Source of the DNA: Rhodothermales bacterium
GTDB lineage: Bacteria > Bacteroidota > Rhodothermia > Rhodothermales > BA12
Assembly: GCA_963740755.1 (NCBI GenBank)
Contig: CAVUFJ010000017.1
Span: 45,131-109,130, forward strand
DNA: 64,000 nucleotides
Reading direction: 5' to 3'
The notes beneath the pieces were generated by a model. The model did no database searches. It was given only the letters and a program-made list of their open reading frames with translations, and was not told where the DNA came from. This document shows positions 55,183 to 64,000 of this stretch, one piece after another; position 1 is the stretch's first letter; each line of letters opens with the position of its first letter. The position numbers were made by a program, and so were the translations under genes.

Positions 55183-55968
55183 ATGCGCTTCCCTGCTGCG
55201 CGCCTGCTTCCGCTGGCGCTCCTCGCCGTCTCCGCCTGCGCGTCCACGCGCCCCCATGTGCCGGCCTCCGACGAGCGGGCGCTCCCGGCGCGCTTTCCGC
55301 GCCACACGCTCAGCGAGGTGCTCGGCGAACTCGCCCGCGCCGACACGCTGCCCGGCCTCTCCGGCAACGGTGCGCTCGCGCTCAACTCGCCGCAGCAGAG
55401 CGGGCAGTTCAGCTTCACGCTCGAAGCCGCCCGCGCCGGGCGGTTCTACCTCACCGTGTCGGCCTTCGGGATCGAGGGCGGGCGGGCGCTGGCCCGGCCC
55501 GACAGCGTGTTTCTCTACAACCGCCTCCAGAACGAACTGCTCGTGGCCCGCGCCGCCGATGCAGACCGCGTGCTGCCCGTGCCGCTCACCTCTGAGGACG
55601 GCTTCCGGACCCTCGCCGGGACGCTGCGCCCCTCGCCCACCACCGGCTATACGCTCGAAGCGGACCAGCCCGGCGGCCTCTACCTGCTCCGCTCGGCCGA
55701 TGGCCGGCAGGTGTTCACGGTAGACCCGACCGTCTGGCGCGTCACGCGCGCCGTGCGCTACGATGCCGCCGGGGCGCTCGCCGAGGAACTGCTCATGGAC
55801 CGCTACGACCGCTCGAAGGGCGCCTGGCTGCCGTTCCGCCTCAGCGTCCGCCGCCCCGCCGACCGCCTGGCCGCCACCCTGCTCTTCGAGGACCTGCACC
55901 CCACCGCCACGCCCGACATCCCCGAGCGCCTCCGCGTGCCCTCGGGCACGACGCGCCGGAAGCTGTAG
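55183..55968 (+). CDS. DUF4292 family lipoprotein
   Basis: Lipobox VSAC; FGIEGGRALARPDSVFLYNRL; context TPR-DUF4292-EnvC. Confidence 0.8.
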   Translation: MRFPAARLLPLALLAVSACASTRPHVPASDERALPARFPRHTLSEVLGELARADTLPGLSGNGALALNSPQQSGQFSFTLEAARAGRFYLTVSAFGIEGGRALARPDSVFLYNRLQNELLVARAADADRVLPVPLTSEDGFRTLAGTLRPSPTTGYTLEADQPGGLYLLRSADGRQVFTVDPTVWRVTRAVRYDAAGALAEELLMDRYDRSKGAWLPFRLSVRRPADRLAATLLFEDLHPTATPDIPERLRVPSGTTRRKL

Positions 55969-56519
55969 GCTGAGCGTCTCCATTTCTGCGGTCCCATGCC
56001 CCTCGTGCGTTCTCGCAGAGTCGGCGGCTTTGCTGGCTGAGCATACGCGCGCGTGTCCCCGATGACGCCTTGCTGGAGGTCGCGCGCGTGCTCGAGGCCT
56101 AAACCGCCCACGGCGGGAAGCGACTCGGCGGTCTGGCGCTGAGGAGGAACGGCGCCTTTCCAGCGCCCGGATACAGTCAAGGATTACGACGTTGAGGCGC
56201 GGTGGCGCCCGACTCGCAGTGGTCCACCGGCAGACTCTCGACGTGACGCACTGGGCGTTCCTCGCCGCTCGTTACGGTCGGCCCCGAGCGCGTGGGCGGG
56301 GCGGCCGTCGCCTGTGGTAGCGCCGGCGGTCGAGATCGCTGCGAGGGACGCGCCGCCTAGTGGTGGCCTGCTCGGACCTGCGCGTGGCAGCCCGCACGGT
56401 CCGCGGGGCGCACCTCGGTGGTCATGGGACGGAGGTGCCCTCTTCGGCGCCGACCGACGGTACTGGGCCGCTGATCCGGAGCTGCCGGGCACCTCAAAGT
56501 CGAGACCCAGAACGTCAAC

Positions 56520-57914
56520 GTGCCTTCAGACGTGCTGCGGTCTTTCATCTACGCGCGGGCTCGGCTGCAGTGCTCGGCGGGCATACACCGGTTCGCCTAC
56601 CGCGGCTCCTCCCGGACGAAGTGCAGATTGGCTACGGTACAAGGCCCTCGCACTCGCGTACGGCCCCGGTCATGCCGGGCCGCCGCACTCTGCCGATACT
56701 TTCAGCCTCGTTCCCTCTGCGCCCCGTGTCTCGCCTGCCTGCTCGTCCTGCTGCTCGTGCCCGTGGCCCGGGCCCAGCAGCCCGCGCAGCAGCCGTCGCC
56801 CGCCGAGACCGAGGCGCGCCTGCGGGACCTGCGCCGCCAGATCTCGCTCGACGAAGACCGCCTCGCCCGCGCCAAGGAGGCTGAGGACGTGACCGTCTCC
56901 ACGCTCACCGATGTGGAGCGGCAGATTGCCTCACGTGAGGCGCTCGTGTCCACCTACGGCCTGCGCGTGGACCAGCTCCGCACCGAGCAGGACTCGCTCT
57001 CCCGCGCCGTGGCGACGCTCACGAACGACCTGCTGCGCCTGCGCGCGCAGTACCGCGTGCGCTCGACCTACCTCTACAAGTACGGGCGCCTGGGCGACCT
57101 CGCGCTGCTCTTCTCGGCCCGCTCGTTCAACGAGATGGTGCGCCGGGCGCGCCTGCTCCGCCGCTTCTCCGACGACGGGCAGCGGCGCTACGCATCCCTC
57201 GAGCGGCTCACCATCGCCCTGCAGCAGCGCCAGCAGCGCATCTCGGCGGCCCAGCAGCAGCAGGGCAAGCTGCTCCAGGACGCGAGCGCCGAGCAGAACA
57301 GCCTGCGCGGGCTCCAGGCGATGCGGCTCGGCGTGGTGAACCAGCTGCGCACGCAGCGCGAGACGCTGGAGACCGAGGTGACGCGCAAGCAAGAGGCCGC
57401 GCGGGCGTTCGAGATGGAGGTGCGCCGGACGGTGGCGGGCACGGTCGCGCGCCGCCGCAGCTCGTCCACCCCTGCCGACGAGGCCACGTATGCTGCGCTC
57501 ACGGGGGCCTTTACGGATGCGCAGGGGCGGCTGCCGTGGCCGGCCGTCGGCGCGGTCTCCGAGGGCTTCGGGCGCGTGGTGAACCAGCAGCTCGGCACCG
57601 AGATCGTCAGTCCGGGCGTCATTATTGCTACCGCCCCGCAGGCGCCCGTGCGGGCCGTGTTCGGCGGGACGGTCGTCAAGATCGACCTGATGGCCGAGTA
57701 CGGGACGTACGTGCTCGTGAGCCACGGCGCCTACCTGACGTGCTACGCCAACCTGTCGCTCATCTCGGGCCTGCACGTCAATGACCCCGTGCGGCCGGGG
57801 CAGCAGCTCGGCCTGGCCGGGACGGACGCCCAGCCCCGGGGCGCGGCGCTCTTTTTCGCCGTCTTCAATGGCAGCCGTCCGGTGGACCCGCTCCAGTGGC
57901 TGCGCGACGAGTAG
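56520..57914 (+). CDS. envC: Murein hydrolase activator EnvC (coiled coil plus degenerate M23); true start probably near 56700-56730
   Basis: Signal peptide ..VARAQ; coiled coil; GRLPWPAVG, VRAVFGGTV, HGAYLTCYANL, PVDPLQWL. Confidence 0.85.
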   Translation: MPSDVLRSFIYARARLQCSAGIHRFAYRGSSRTKCRLATVQGPRTRVRPRSCRAAALCRYFQPRSLCAPCLACLLVLLLVPVARAQQPAQQPSPAETEARLRDLRRQISLDEDRLARAKEAEDVTVSTLTDVERQIASREALVSTYGLRVDQLRTEQDSLSRAVATLTNDLLRLRAQYRVRSTYLYKYGRLGDLALLFSARSFNEMVRRARLLRRFSDDGQRRYASLERLTIALQQRQQRISAAQQQQGKLLQDASAEQNSLRGLQAMRLGVVNQLRTQRETLETEVTRKQEAARAFEMEVRRTVAGTVARRRSSSTPADEATYAALTGAFTDAQGRLPWPAVGAVSEGFGRVVNQQLGTEIVSPGVIIATAPQAPVRAVFGGTVVKIDLMAEYGTYVLVSHGAYLTCYANLSLISGLHVNDPVRPGQQLGLAGTDAQPRGAALFFAVFNGSRPVDPLQWLRDE

Positions 57915-57988
57915 CGTAGACGATTGGGCGAAGCGTGTGACAGACCCGTAATCCGGTCCTATCTTCGGCGCGCCTTCACCGCTGGAAG

Positions 57989-59800
57989 ATGCTTCGTCGT
58001 TTTGCGCCTGCCCTGCTGGGTTTGCTCGTGGCCGTCCCGGCCCGCGCCCAGCAGCCCGATCCGGAGATTCCCCGCGCCTCGCGCACCTACGCCATCACGA
58101 ACGCGCGCGTGGTCGTGGCGCCGGGGCGCGTGCTGGAGCGCGCCACCGTCGTCGTGCGCGACGGGCTCATCACGGGCGTGGGCGCCAACGTGCGCGCCCC
58201 CTTCGACGCGCAGGTGCTCCGGGGCGACTCGCTCACCGTCTACGCCGGCTTTATCGACGCCCTCGGGCAGGCGGGCCTGCCGCGTCCGCAGGCGGCTGGG
58301 GCCGCGCGCGGTCCCGGCGGGGCGGCAGCGGCGCAACCGCAGCGCGTGCCCGACCCGGCGCATCCCCCGCGCGACCGCGCCGGCCTCCAACCCGAGCGCC
58401 ACGCCTCGGCGATGCTCCAGGCCGACGACGCCTCCGTCGACGCGCACCGCAAGCAGGGCTTCACGCTCGTCCACGCGGTGCCGTACGGCGGCTTTCTGCC
58501 CGGCCAGGGCGCCCTCGTGCTCCTCGGCAGCCTCCGCCCCAACGACCCGGCCGGGGCCAGCCCGCTCGTCTACCGCGACGATGCGAGCCTCTTCACCCAG
58601 TTCCAGAACGCGCGCGGCGTGTACCCGTCCACGCCGATGGGCGTCATGGCCTCGTGGCGTGAACTCTACCGCGAGACCGCGCGGCGCGGCGGCCTCCGCA
58701 CGGCCTACGCCCAGAGCCCGGCGGGCCGCGAGCGTCCGGTGAACGATCCCGTCTACGACGCGCTCACGCCCGTCGTGAACGGACGGATGCCGGTGTTCTT
58801 CTACGCGACCTCGGCCCTCGAAGCGCACCGGGCGCTGCTGCTCAAGCGCGACCTCGGCTTCAACCTCGTGCTCGCCGGGGTGCCCGACGCCGCCGAGATG
58901 ACGGACCGCCTCAAGGCCGCGCGCGTGCCGCTCCTGCTCACGCTCGGCCTCCCCGACGAGCCCAAGACCGACAGCACGCGCCGGGGCACGCGGCGCGACA
59001 GTCTCGGCCCGGTGGGCGGCTTCGACCCGGGCTTCCGCGTGGGCAACTATGCCAACATTGCCGGCGAGAAGTCGAACCTCGAAGCGCGCGTGCGCGCCTC
59101 GGCGACCGTCTACACCGAGACCGCCGCCCGCCTCAACCGGGAAGGCGTCCGGTTTGCCTTCACGAGCCTGGGCGCCAAGATCCCGGACGTGCAGAAGAAC
59201 GTGCGCCGGATGATCGCGGCGGGCCTGCCGGAAGACGTCGCCCTCGCCGCGCTCACGACGCAGGCCGCCGACGTGCTCGGGGTGAGCAGCGCCTTCGGGA
59301 CCGTCGAGCAGGGCAAGGTGGCCAACCTCGTCGTGACGAAGGGCTCGTACTTTGCCCCGGAGGGGCAGGTGCGCACGGTGTTCGTGGACGGCGACCGCTT
59401 CGACTACCCGCCGAGTGCGGTCCCGGCCGCCGGGCGCGGCGCCGCCGGGCGGCGCGGGCCGGGCGGGCAGACCGGGGCCGCCCCGAGCGTGCCGGGTGTG
59501 GCGGGGCGCTGGTCGTTCACCGTCACACTCCCAGGCAATCAGGGCACCGTGGGCGGCACCCTCTCGCTCGCGGGTAGCCCCGAGGCGCCCTCCGGGGTGA
59601 TCTCTTCGGAGGCCATCGGCGCGGGCGACGCGCCGCTCCAGAACGTCCGCCTGAACGGCAACGTGCTCACGTTCTCGTTCGATGCGGGCCAGTATGGCAC
59701 CATCAACGCCACCGTTACGGTGGACGGCGACACGTTCTCGGGCTCGCTCACCGTGCCCGGTCTCGGCGTGGCCCCCATCACCGGCACCAAGCAGCCCTGA
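57989..59800 (+). CDS. Secreted amidohydrolase-fold protein lacking the HxH motif, with a C-terminal beta domain
   Basis: YAITNARVV, VYAGFIDALGQ, GTVEQGKVANLVV. Confidence 0.85.
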   Translation: MLRRFAPALLGLLVAVPARAQQPDPEIPRASRTYAITNARVVVAPGRVLERATVVVRDGLITGVGANVRAPFDAQVLRGDSLTVYAGFIDALGQAGLPRPQAAGAARGPGGAAAAQPQRVPDPAHPPRDRAGLQPERHASAMLQADDASVDAHRKQGFTLVHAVPYGGFLPGQGALVLLGSLRPNDPAGASPLVYRDDASLFTQFQNARGVYPSTPMGVMASWRELYRETARRGGLRTAYAQSPAGRERPVNDPVYDALTPVVNGRMPVFFYATSALEAHRALLLKRDLGFNLVLAGVPDAAEMTDRLKAARVPLLLTLGLPDEPKTDSTRRGTRRDSLGPVGGFDPGFRVGNYANIAGEKSNLEARVRASATVYTETAARLNREGVRFAFTSLGAKIPDVQKNVRRMIAAGLPEDVALAALTTQAADVLGVSSAFGTVEQGKVANLVVTKGSYFAPEGQVRTVFVDGDRFDYPPSAVPAAGRGAAGRRGPGGQTGAAPSVPGVAGRWSFTVTLPGNQGTVGGTLSLAGSPEAPSGVISSEAIGAGDAPLQNVRLNGNVLTFSFDAGQYGTINATVTVDGDTFSGSLTVPGLGVAPITGTKQP

Positions 59801-59898
59801 CGATGCAGCGGCAGGGCGCGTGGCGTCCGTGCCCCCGTCTCCTGCGCCCGCTTCTTACGCCACGCCCCACCGTTCCGCCTTCCGCCTTCCCCTGCTCC

Positions 59899-60309
59899 AT
59901 GCTCCGTTCCCTTCTGCTCGCCGCCGTCTGTATCGTGCTCGTCCCGGCTGCCGCCCATGCGCAGGCGATGGACCACAGCGCCCACGCGGCGGCACTCCCC
60001 GCCGACAGCCTCGTCGGCCCCTGGTCATACACCATCGACACGCCCGACGGCGGCTTCACAGGCCGCTTGGTGATCGAAAAGGCCGCCGACGGTGCGCTCT
60101 CGGCGCAGCTCACCGGCGACGCCGTCGGGGCGGGCGGTCTGCCCGTGCGCGGCTTTGCCTTCGACGGGCACAAGATGACCGGCACGTTCACGAACCCCTC
60201 CTACGGCGACATCGGCTTTACGCTGGCCGTCACGGGCCGCACCTTCGCCGGTGAGTTCACCGTGCTCGCCATGGGCGCCGCCGTGCCCGCCTCCGGCCGC
60301 AAGCTCTGA
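59899..60309 (+). CDS. Small secreted beta-rich protein
   Basis: Signal peptide ..AHAQ; LVGPWSYTIDTPDG. Confidence 0.75.
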   Translation: MLRSLLLAAVCIVLVPAAAHAQAMDHSAHAAALPADSLVGPWSYTIDTPDGGFTGRLVIEKAADGALSAQLTGDAVGAGGLPVRGFAFDGHKMTGTFTNPSYGDIGFTLAVTGRTFAGEFTVLAMGAAVPASGRKL

Positions 60310-60310
60310 C

Positions 60311-60428
60311 GAATGGCCACTGGTCAACAGTCAATGGTCAATGATCAACGGGAGAACCAGAAAGCAATGCGTCTTCCTGTTGCATCCTATTAGCCATTGA
60401 CCATTGTCTGTTGGCCATTGACGATTTC
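60311..60428. repeat. Heptamer-tandem palindrome (TCAATGG / CCATTGA dialect)
   Basis: tcaacag tcaatgg tcaatga tcaacgg ... ctattag ccattga ccattgt ctgttgg ccattga. Confidence 0.85.
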
Positions 60429-60438
60429 TACCGCTCTC

Positions 60439-61833
60439 ATGCTTCGCTCTCTCGCCCTCCTTGCCGGCCTCGCGCTGGCCGCGCCCGCCGCGTTCGCGCA
60501 GCCTGCCTCCGACGCGAGCCTGCCGCCGCCCCGCACGGGCAGCGTGCTGCTCAAAGGCGGCACCGTGCTCACCGTCACGCACGGCACGCTCCCGAACACC
60601 GATGTGCTCGTCGAGAACGGCAAGATCCGCCGCATCGGCACGGGCCTGCGGGCGCCGAGCGGCGTCGAGACCGTGGACGCGACGGGCCTGTTCGTGATGC
60701 CCGGCATCATCGACGCCCACTCGCACATCGCCACGAGCAGCGTCAACGAGGCGACGAGCCCGGTGACGGCCGAGGTGGCGCAGGAGGACGTGCTCGACCC
60801 CTACGACCTCTCGATCTACCGGGCGCTCGCGGGCGGCGTCACGATCTCGCACGTCATGCACGGCTCGGCCAACGCCATCGGCGGGCAGAACGAGACGATC
60901 AAGCACCGCTGGGGCGAGCGCGACCCAGAGGCGCTCAAGATGGCGGGCGCGCCCCGCACGATCAAGTTCGCCCTCGGCGAGAACCCCACCCGTGTGCATG
61001 GGCGCGGCAACGGTGTGCGCCCGGCCACGCGCATGGGCGTCGAGGAGACCATCCGCCGCGCCTTTGCCGAGGCCCGCGCCTACCGCGAGGCGAACAACAC
61101 CGCCGCGCGCTCGAACGGGCGCCAGGCGGCCCCGCCCTACAACCTGCGCTACGAAACCCTCGCCGACATCCTGGAAGGCAAGGTCCTCGTCCACTGCCAT
61201 TCGTACCGGGCGGACGAAATCCTGATGCTCACGCGCGTGCTGCGCGACAACGGCGTCAACCGGGTCGTCTTCCAGCACGCCAACGAGGCCTTCAAGGTGG
61301 CGCCCGAACTGGCGGCCTTCGGAGGCCCCGGCGGCTACGCGATGGCAAGCGTGTTTGCCGACTGGTGGGCCTACAAGATGGAAGTCTACTACTCGACCGC
61401 CTACAACGCCGCCATCCTGACGCGCAACGGCGTCACGACGAGCATCAACTCGGACTCCAACGAACTCGACCGGCACCTCTACCACGAGGCGTCCAAGACG
61501 CAGCGCTACGGCGACCTCACCGACGACGAGGCGCTCGCGACCATCACGATCAACCCGGCCCGGCAGCTCGGCATCGCCGACCGCGTGGGCTCGATCGAGG
61601 AGGGCAAAGACGCGGATATCGCGGTCTTCGAGCACCACCCGCTCTCGATCTACGGCGTCCCGATGATGACGTTCGTGGACGGCGTGCGCCGCTTCGACCG
61701 CACCCGCGACGGCGACGACGCACGCCTGCTCGTGCGCCCCGACGAGCGCACCGACACGTCCGACCTCTACACCGGCGACCACCACCGCTGCCTCGAAGGC
61801 GTGGACCTGCTGGAAATTGTCAATGGTCAATAA
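60439..61833 (+). CDS. Secreted amidohydrolase with intact metal-binding motifs
   Basis: MPGIIDAHSH, IKFALGENP, VHCHSYR, FQH, SINSD, GSIEEGKDAD. Confidence 0.92.
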   Translation: MLRSLALLAGLALAAPAAFAQPASDASLPPPRTGSVLLKGGTVLTVTHGTLPNTDVLVENGKIRRIGTGLRAPSGVETVDATGLFVMPGIIDAHSHIATSSVNEATSPVTAEVAQEDVLDPYDLSIYRALAGGVTISHVMHGSANAIGGQNETIKHRWGERDPEALKMAGAPRTIKFALGENPTRVHGRGNGVRPATRMGVEETIRRAFAEARAYREANNTAARSNGRQAAPPYNLRYETLADILEGKVLVHCHSYRADEILMLTRVLRDNGVNRVVFQHANEAFKVAPELAAFGGPGGYAMASVFADWWAYKMEVYYSTAYNAAILTRNGVTTSINSDSNELDRHLYHEASKTQRYGDLTDDEALATITINPARQLGIADRVGSIEEGKDADIAVFEHHPLSIYGVPMMTFVDGVRRFDRTRDGDDARLLVRPDERTDTSDLYTGDHHRCLEGVDLLEIVNGQ

Positions 61834-61902
61834 TCAACAGCCAATTGTCAATGGACATCTGCTTATTGGCCATTGACAATTGAATGTTGATTATTGACAA
61901 TT
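61817..61902. repeat. Heptamer-tandem palindrome (TCAATRR / YYATTGA dialect) overlapping the upstream gene end
   Basis: tcaatgg tcaataa tcaacag ccaattg tcaatgg ... ttattgg ccattga caattga atgttga ttattga. Confidence 0.85.
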
Positions 61903-61913
61903 CTCTCCCTGTC

Positions 61914-63241
61914 ATGCGCCTGCTCTCGCTTCTGATGGCCCTTCTCTTCGTACCCGCCGCCTTCGGGCAGGCGATGGGCGACCCCGTCGCGCAGGGGCGG
62001 CGCGGCACGTTTGCCATCGTGGGCGCGAAGGTGTACACGATGGGGCCGCAGGGTACGCTCGAGCGCGGCACCGTGGTGATCCGCGACGGCAAGATCGAGG
62101 CCGTAGGCGCCGCACTCGCCGTGCCGAGCGGTGCTGAGGTGATCGACGGGACGGGCCTGGAGGTCTACCCCGGCCTCATCGACAGCGGCTCGGGCGTCGG
62201 GATGCAGGAGGTGGGCTCGGTGGAGGAGACCGCAGACCGCGACGACCTCGGCGAGATCATCCCGCAGATGCAGGCGCTCTCGGCGATCAACCCCAACTCG
62301 GTGGTGATCCCGGTGACGCGCGTGGGCGGCGTGACGACCGCGCTCGTAGAGCCGGTGGGCGGCCTCTTCCCTGGCACCGCCGCGCTCGTACGCCTGCACG
62401 GCTACACGCCCGAGCAGATGCTCGTGGCGCCGGGCGCCCGCTACGTGATCCTCGAATTCCCGCGCACGGGCCGCCGCGGCGGCTTCGACCAGCGCCCCGA
62501 GGACGAGATCAAGAAGGCCGCCGACACCGCCCTCAAGCGCCTCAACGACACCTGGGACGCCGCCATGCAGAGCGTCCGCATCGACTCGGCGGCGCAGCGC
62601 GCTCCGGAGGCCGGGCGCCCGCGCCCCTACGCGCCCGAACTGACCGCGCTCGGGGCCGTCGTGCGCGGCGAGACGGCGCTGCTGCTCAAGGTCGATGCCG
62701 CCGACGACATCACCAAGGCCATCGACTGGGCGCAGGGGCGGCACATCCCCCGCGTCATTCTCTCGGGCCTTCAGGAAGGCTGGCGCGTGGCAGACAAGAT
62801 TGCCGCCTCTGGCTTCGGCGCGCTCGTGGGCCCGATCCTCGCCACGCCCACGCGCGGACAGGACCGCTACGACCGCGCCTATAGCAACCCGGGCCTCATT
62901 GCACAGGCGGGCGCGCGCATCGCGATCCGCTCGAATGAGGTCGAGAACACGCGCAACCTGCCCTTCCACGCGGGCTTCGCCGCCGCCTACGGACTCGGAC
63001 GCGAAGCCGCCCTCCGCGCCGTCACCATCGACGCCGCCCGCATCCTCGGCGTGGACGGCGTGACGGGCTCGCTGGAGCCGGCAAGGCCGCCGACGTGATC
63101 GTGACGACGGGCGATCCGTTCGAGCCGCGCACGCACATCCGCCGCGTGTTCATCGACGGCTACGACATCCCGCTCGTGAGCCGGCAGACGCAGCTCTACA
63201 ACGAGTTCCTGCACCGCACGCCCGGCTACACCGGGCAGTAA
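61914..63241 (+). CDS. Secreted amidohydrolase-fold protein lacking the HxH motif; frameshift near 63080
   Basis: VYPGLIDSGSG, RNLPFHAGFAAAYGL, GSLEP then ADVIVTTGDPFE..SRQTQLY, TAA at 63239-63241. Confidence 0.88.
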
Positions 63242-63380
63242 TACCAAATGTGGTTGCACTGTTAGTATTTGTTATTGAGAGGAGGTCTTCCGAGTGTGCA
63301 ATCTGCGCTTCCCGCGCGTTTGGAGATTGCCGCGTCACTGCGCTCGTCGCAATGGCAAACGGGGTAAATGGATTGGGTAT
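63241..63380. mobile_element. MITE-like element with a GTCATTGCGAG-type cargo
   Basis: ATACCAAAT ... ATTGGGTAT; inner GAGGAGGTCTTCCGA is the reverse complement of 33715-33729. Confidence 0.65.
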
Positions 63381-63381
63381 T

Positions 63382-63514
63382 ATACCAAATCCGGCCGCAC
63401 GGTTCAGGAATGCCCACCTGATCATGGATGATGGATCATCGCCAGACGACTCCTCTGGGCGTCTCTGACCATGATCCACCCGATGATCTTGCACGATGCT
63501 ACCGGAGTTGGTAT
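63382..63514. mobile_element. MITE-like element with GATC-heptamer cargo, in tandem with the previous copy
   Basis: ATACCAAATCCGG ... GATCATGGATGATGGATCATCGCCAGA ... CCGGAGTTGGTAT. Confidence 0.75.
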
Positions 63515-63522
63515 AACAGATT

Positions 63523-63640
63523 TCAGGATCTGAGCGCGTTGTCTCGCTCATCAAGACGCGCCAGCAGTATGTGGTAGAAGTACACGCTCCACAAGCCGTC
63601 GGCTGCCTCCTCGAAGGCAATGTGATCGTAGTGGGGCGCG
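63523..63640 (-). pseudogene. C-terminal remnant of a transposase resembling the IS481 family
   Basis: IAFEEAADGLWSVYFYHILLARLDER resembles IS481-family C-termini; no DDE core present. Confidence 0.55.
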
Positions 63641-63874
63641 GTCGAGACGACGAGCGGTCTTGTCTTGAAGCACACCGTGCCGGCTACCTCAGAAGGGGAA
63701 GCGGTCACAGGCAACGGGCCGCCAGACCGAGAAAATTAGCGACGAGCCTGCGGGCGGGCGTGTCGAAAAACGAACCGGCTGGCGGCTTGCCGCTCACCGC
63801 GCGTGGGTTAGGGTCAAGCAGCTCGTGCCGGCCTACCTCTAGAGGTGCTCGGCCGGCAGGGGCAGGCAGTCTTG

Positions 63875-64000
63875 GCAGGCATGCTCGCGGGCGCCGAGAG
63901 GCTCGTGATAGACACCGCGCTGCCAGGGGGCACCTACGTGCTTCGCATCACCGGGAAGCGCTTTTCAGAAACCCGAACCCTCATTGTGGCGCGACGAACG
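63875..64000 (+). pseudogene. Orphan T9SS C-terminal-domain fragment
   Basis: GMLAGAERLVIDTALPGGTYVLRITGKRFSETRTLIVARR, with no long upstream ORF. Confidence 0.4.

Overview
High-GC bacterial chromosomal segment. Gene content (T9SS C-terminal domains, TPR + outer-membrane barrel + HU/SPOR cluster, DUF4292-EnvC, DUF4920, Oar-like TonB receptor) and the absence of Shine-Dalgarno motifs suggest FCB group, probably Rhodothermota (inference). It is mostly housekeeping: a split complex I operon (nuoA-G with extra inserted ORFs, then nuoH-rpe), priA, tRNA-Val(GAC), a hybrid histidine kinase, thrS/infC, a multiheme-TPR protein, a PfkB kinase, YifB/ComM, a GCS2-CBS fusion and three secreted amidohydrolase paralogs. 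Many genes, including essential ones, carry single-base frameshifts that look like long-read consensus errors. The most notable unannotated signals are: (1) two attC-like sites bracketing a ParE-like toxin-antitoxin cassette directly at the thrS stop codon, with no integrase in the window; (2) about a dozen intergenic palindromes built from tandem 7-mers in four sequence dialects, often overlapping stop and start codons; (3) a MITE-like shell (ATACCAA...TTGGTAT) carrying two interchangeable cargo hairpins; (4) a secreted tail-fibre/S74-chaperone protein paired with a T9SS cargo protein. All family calls come from motif recognition by eye, with no database searches.
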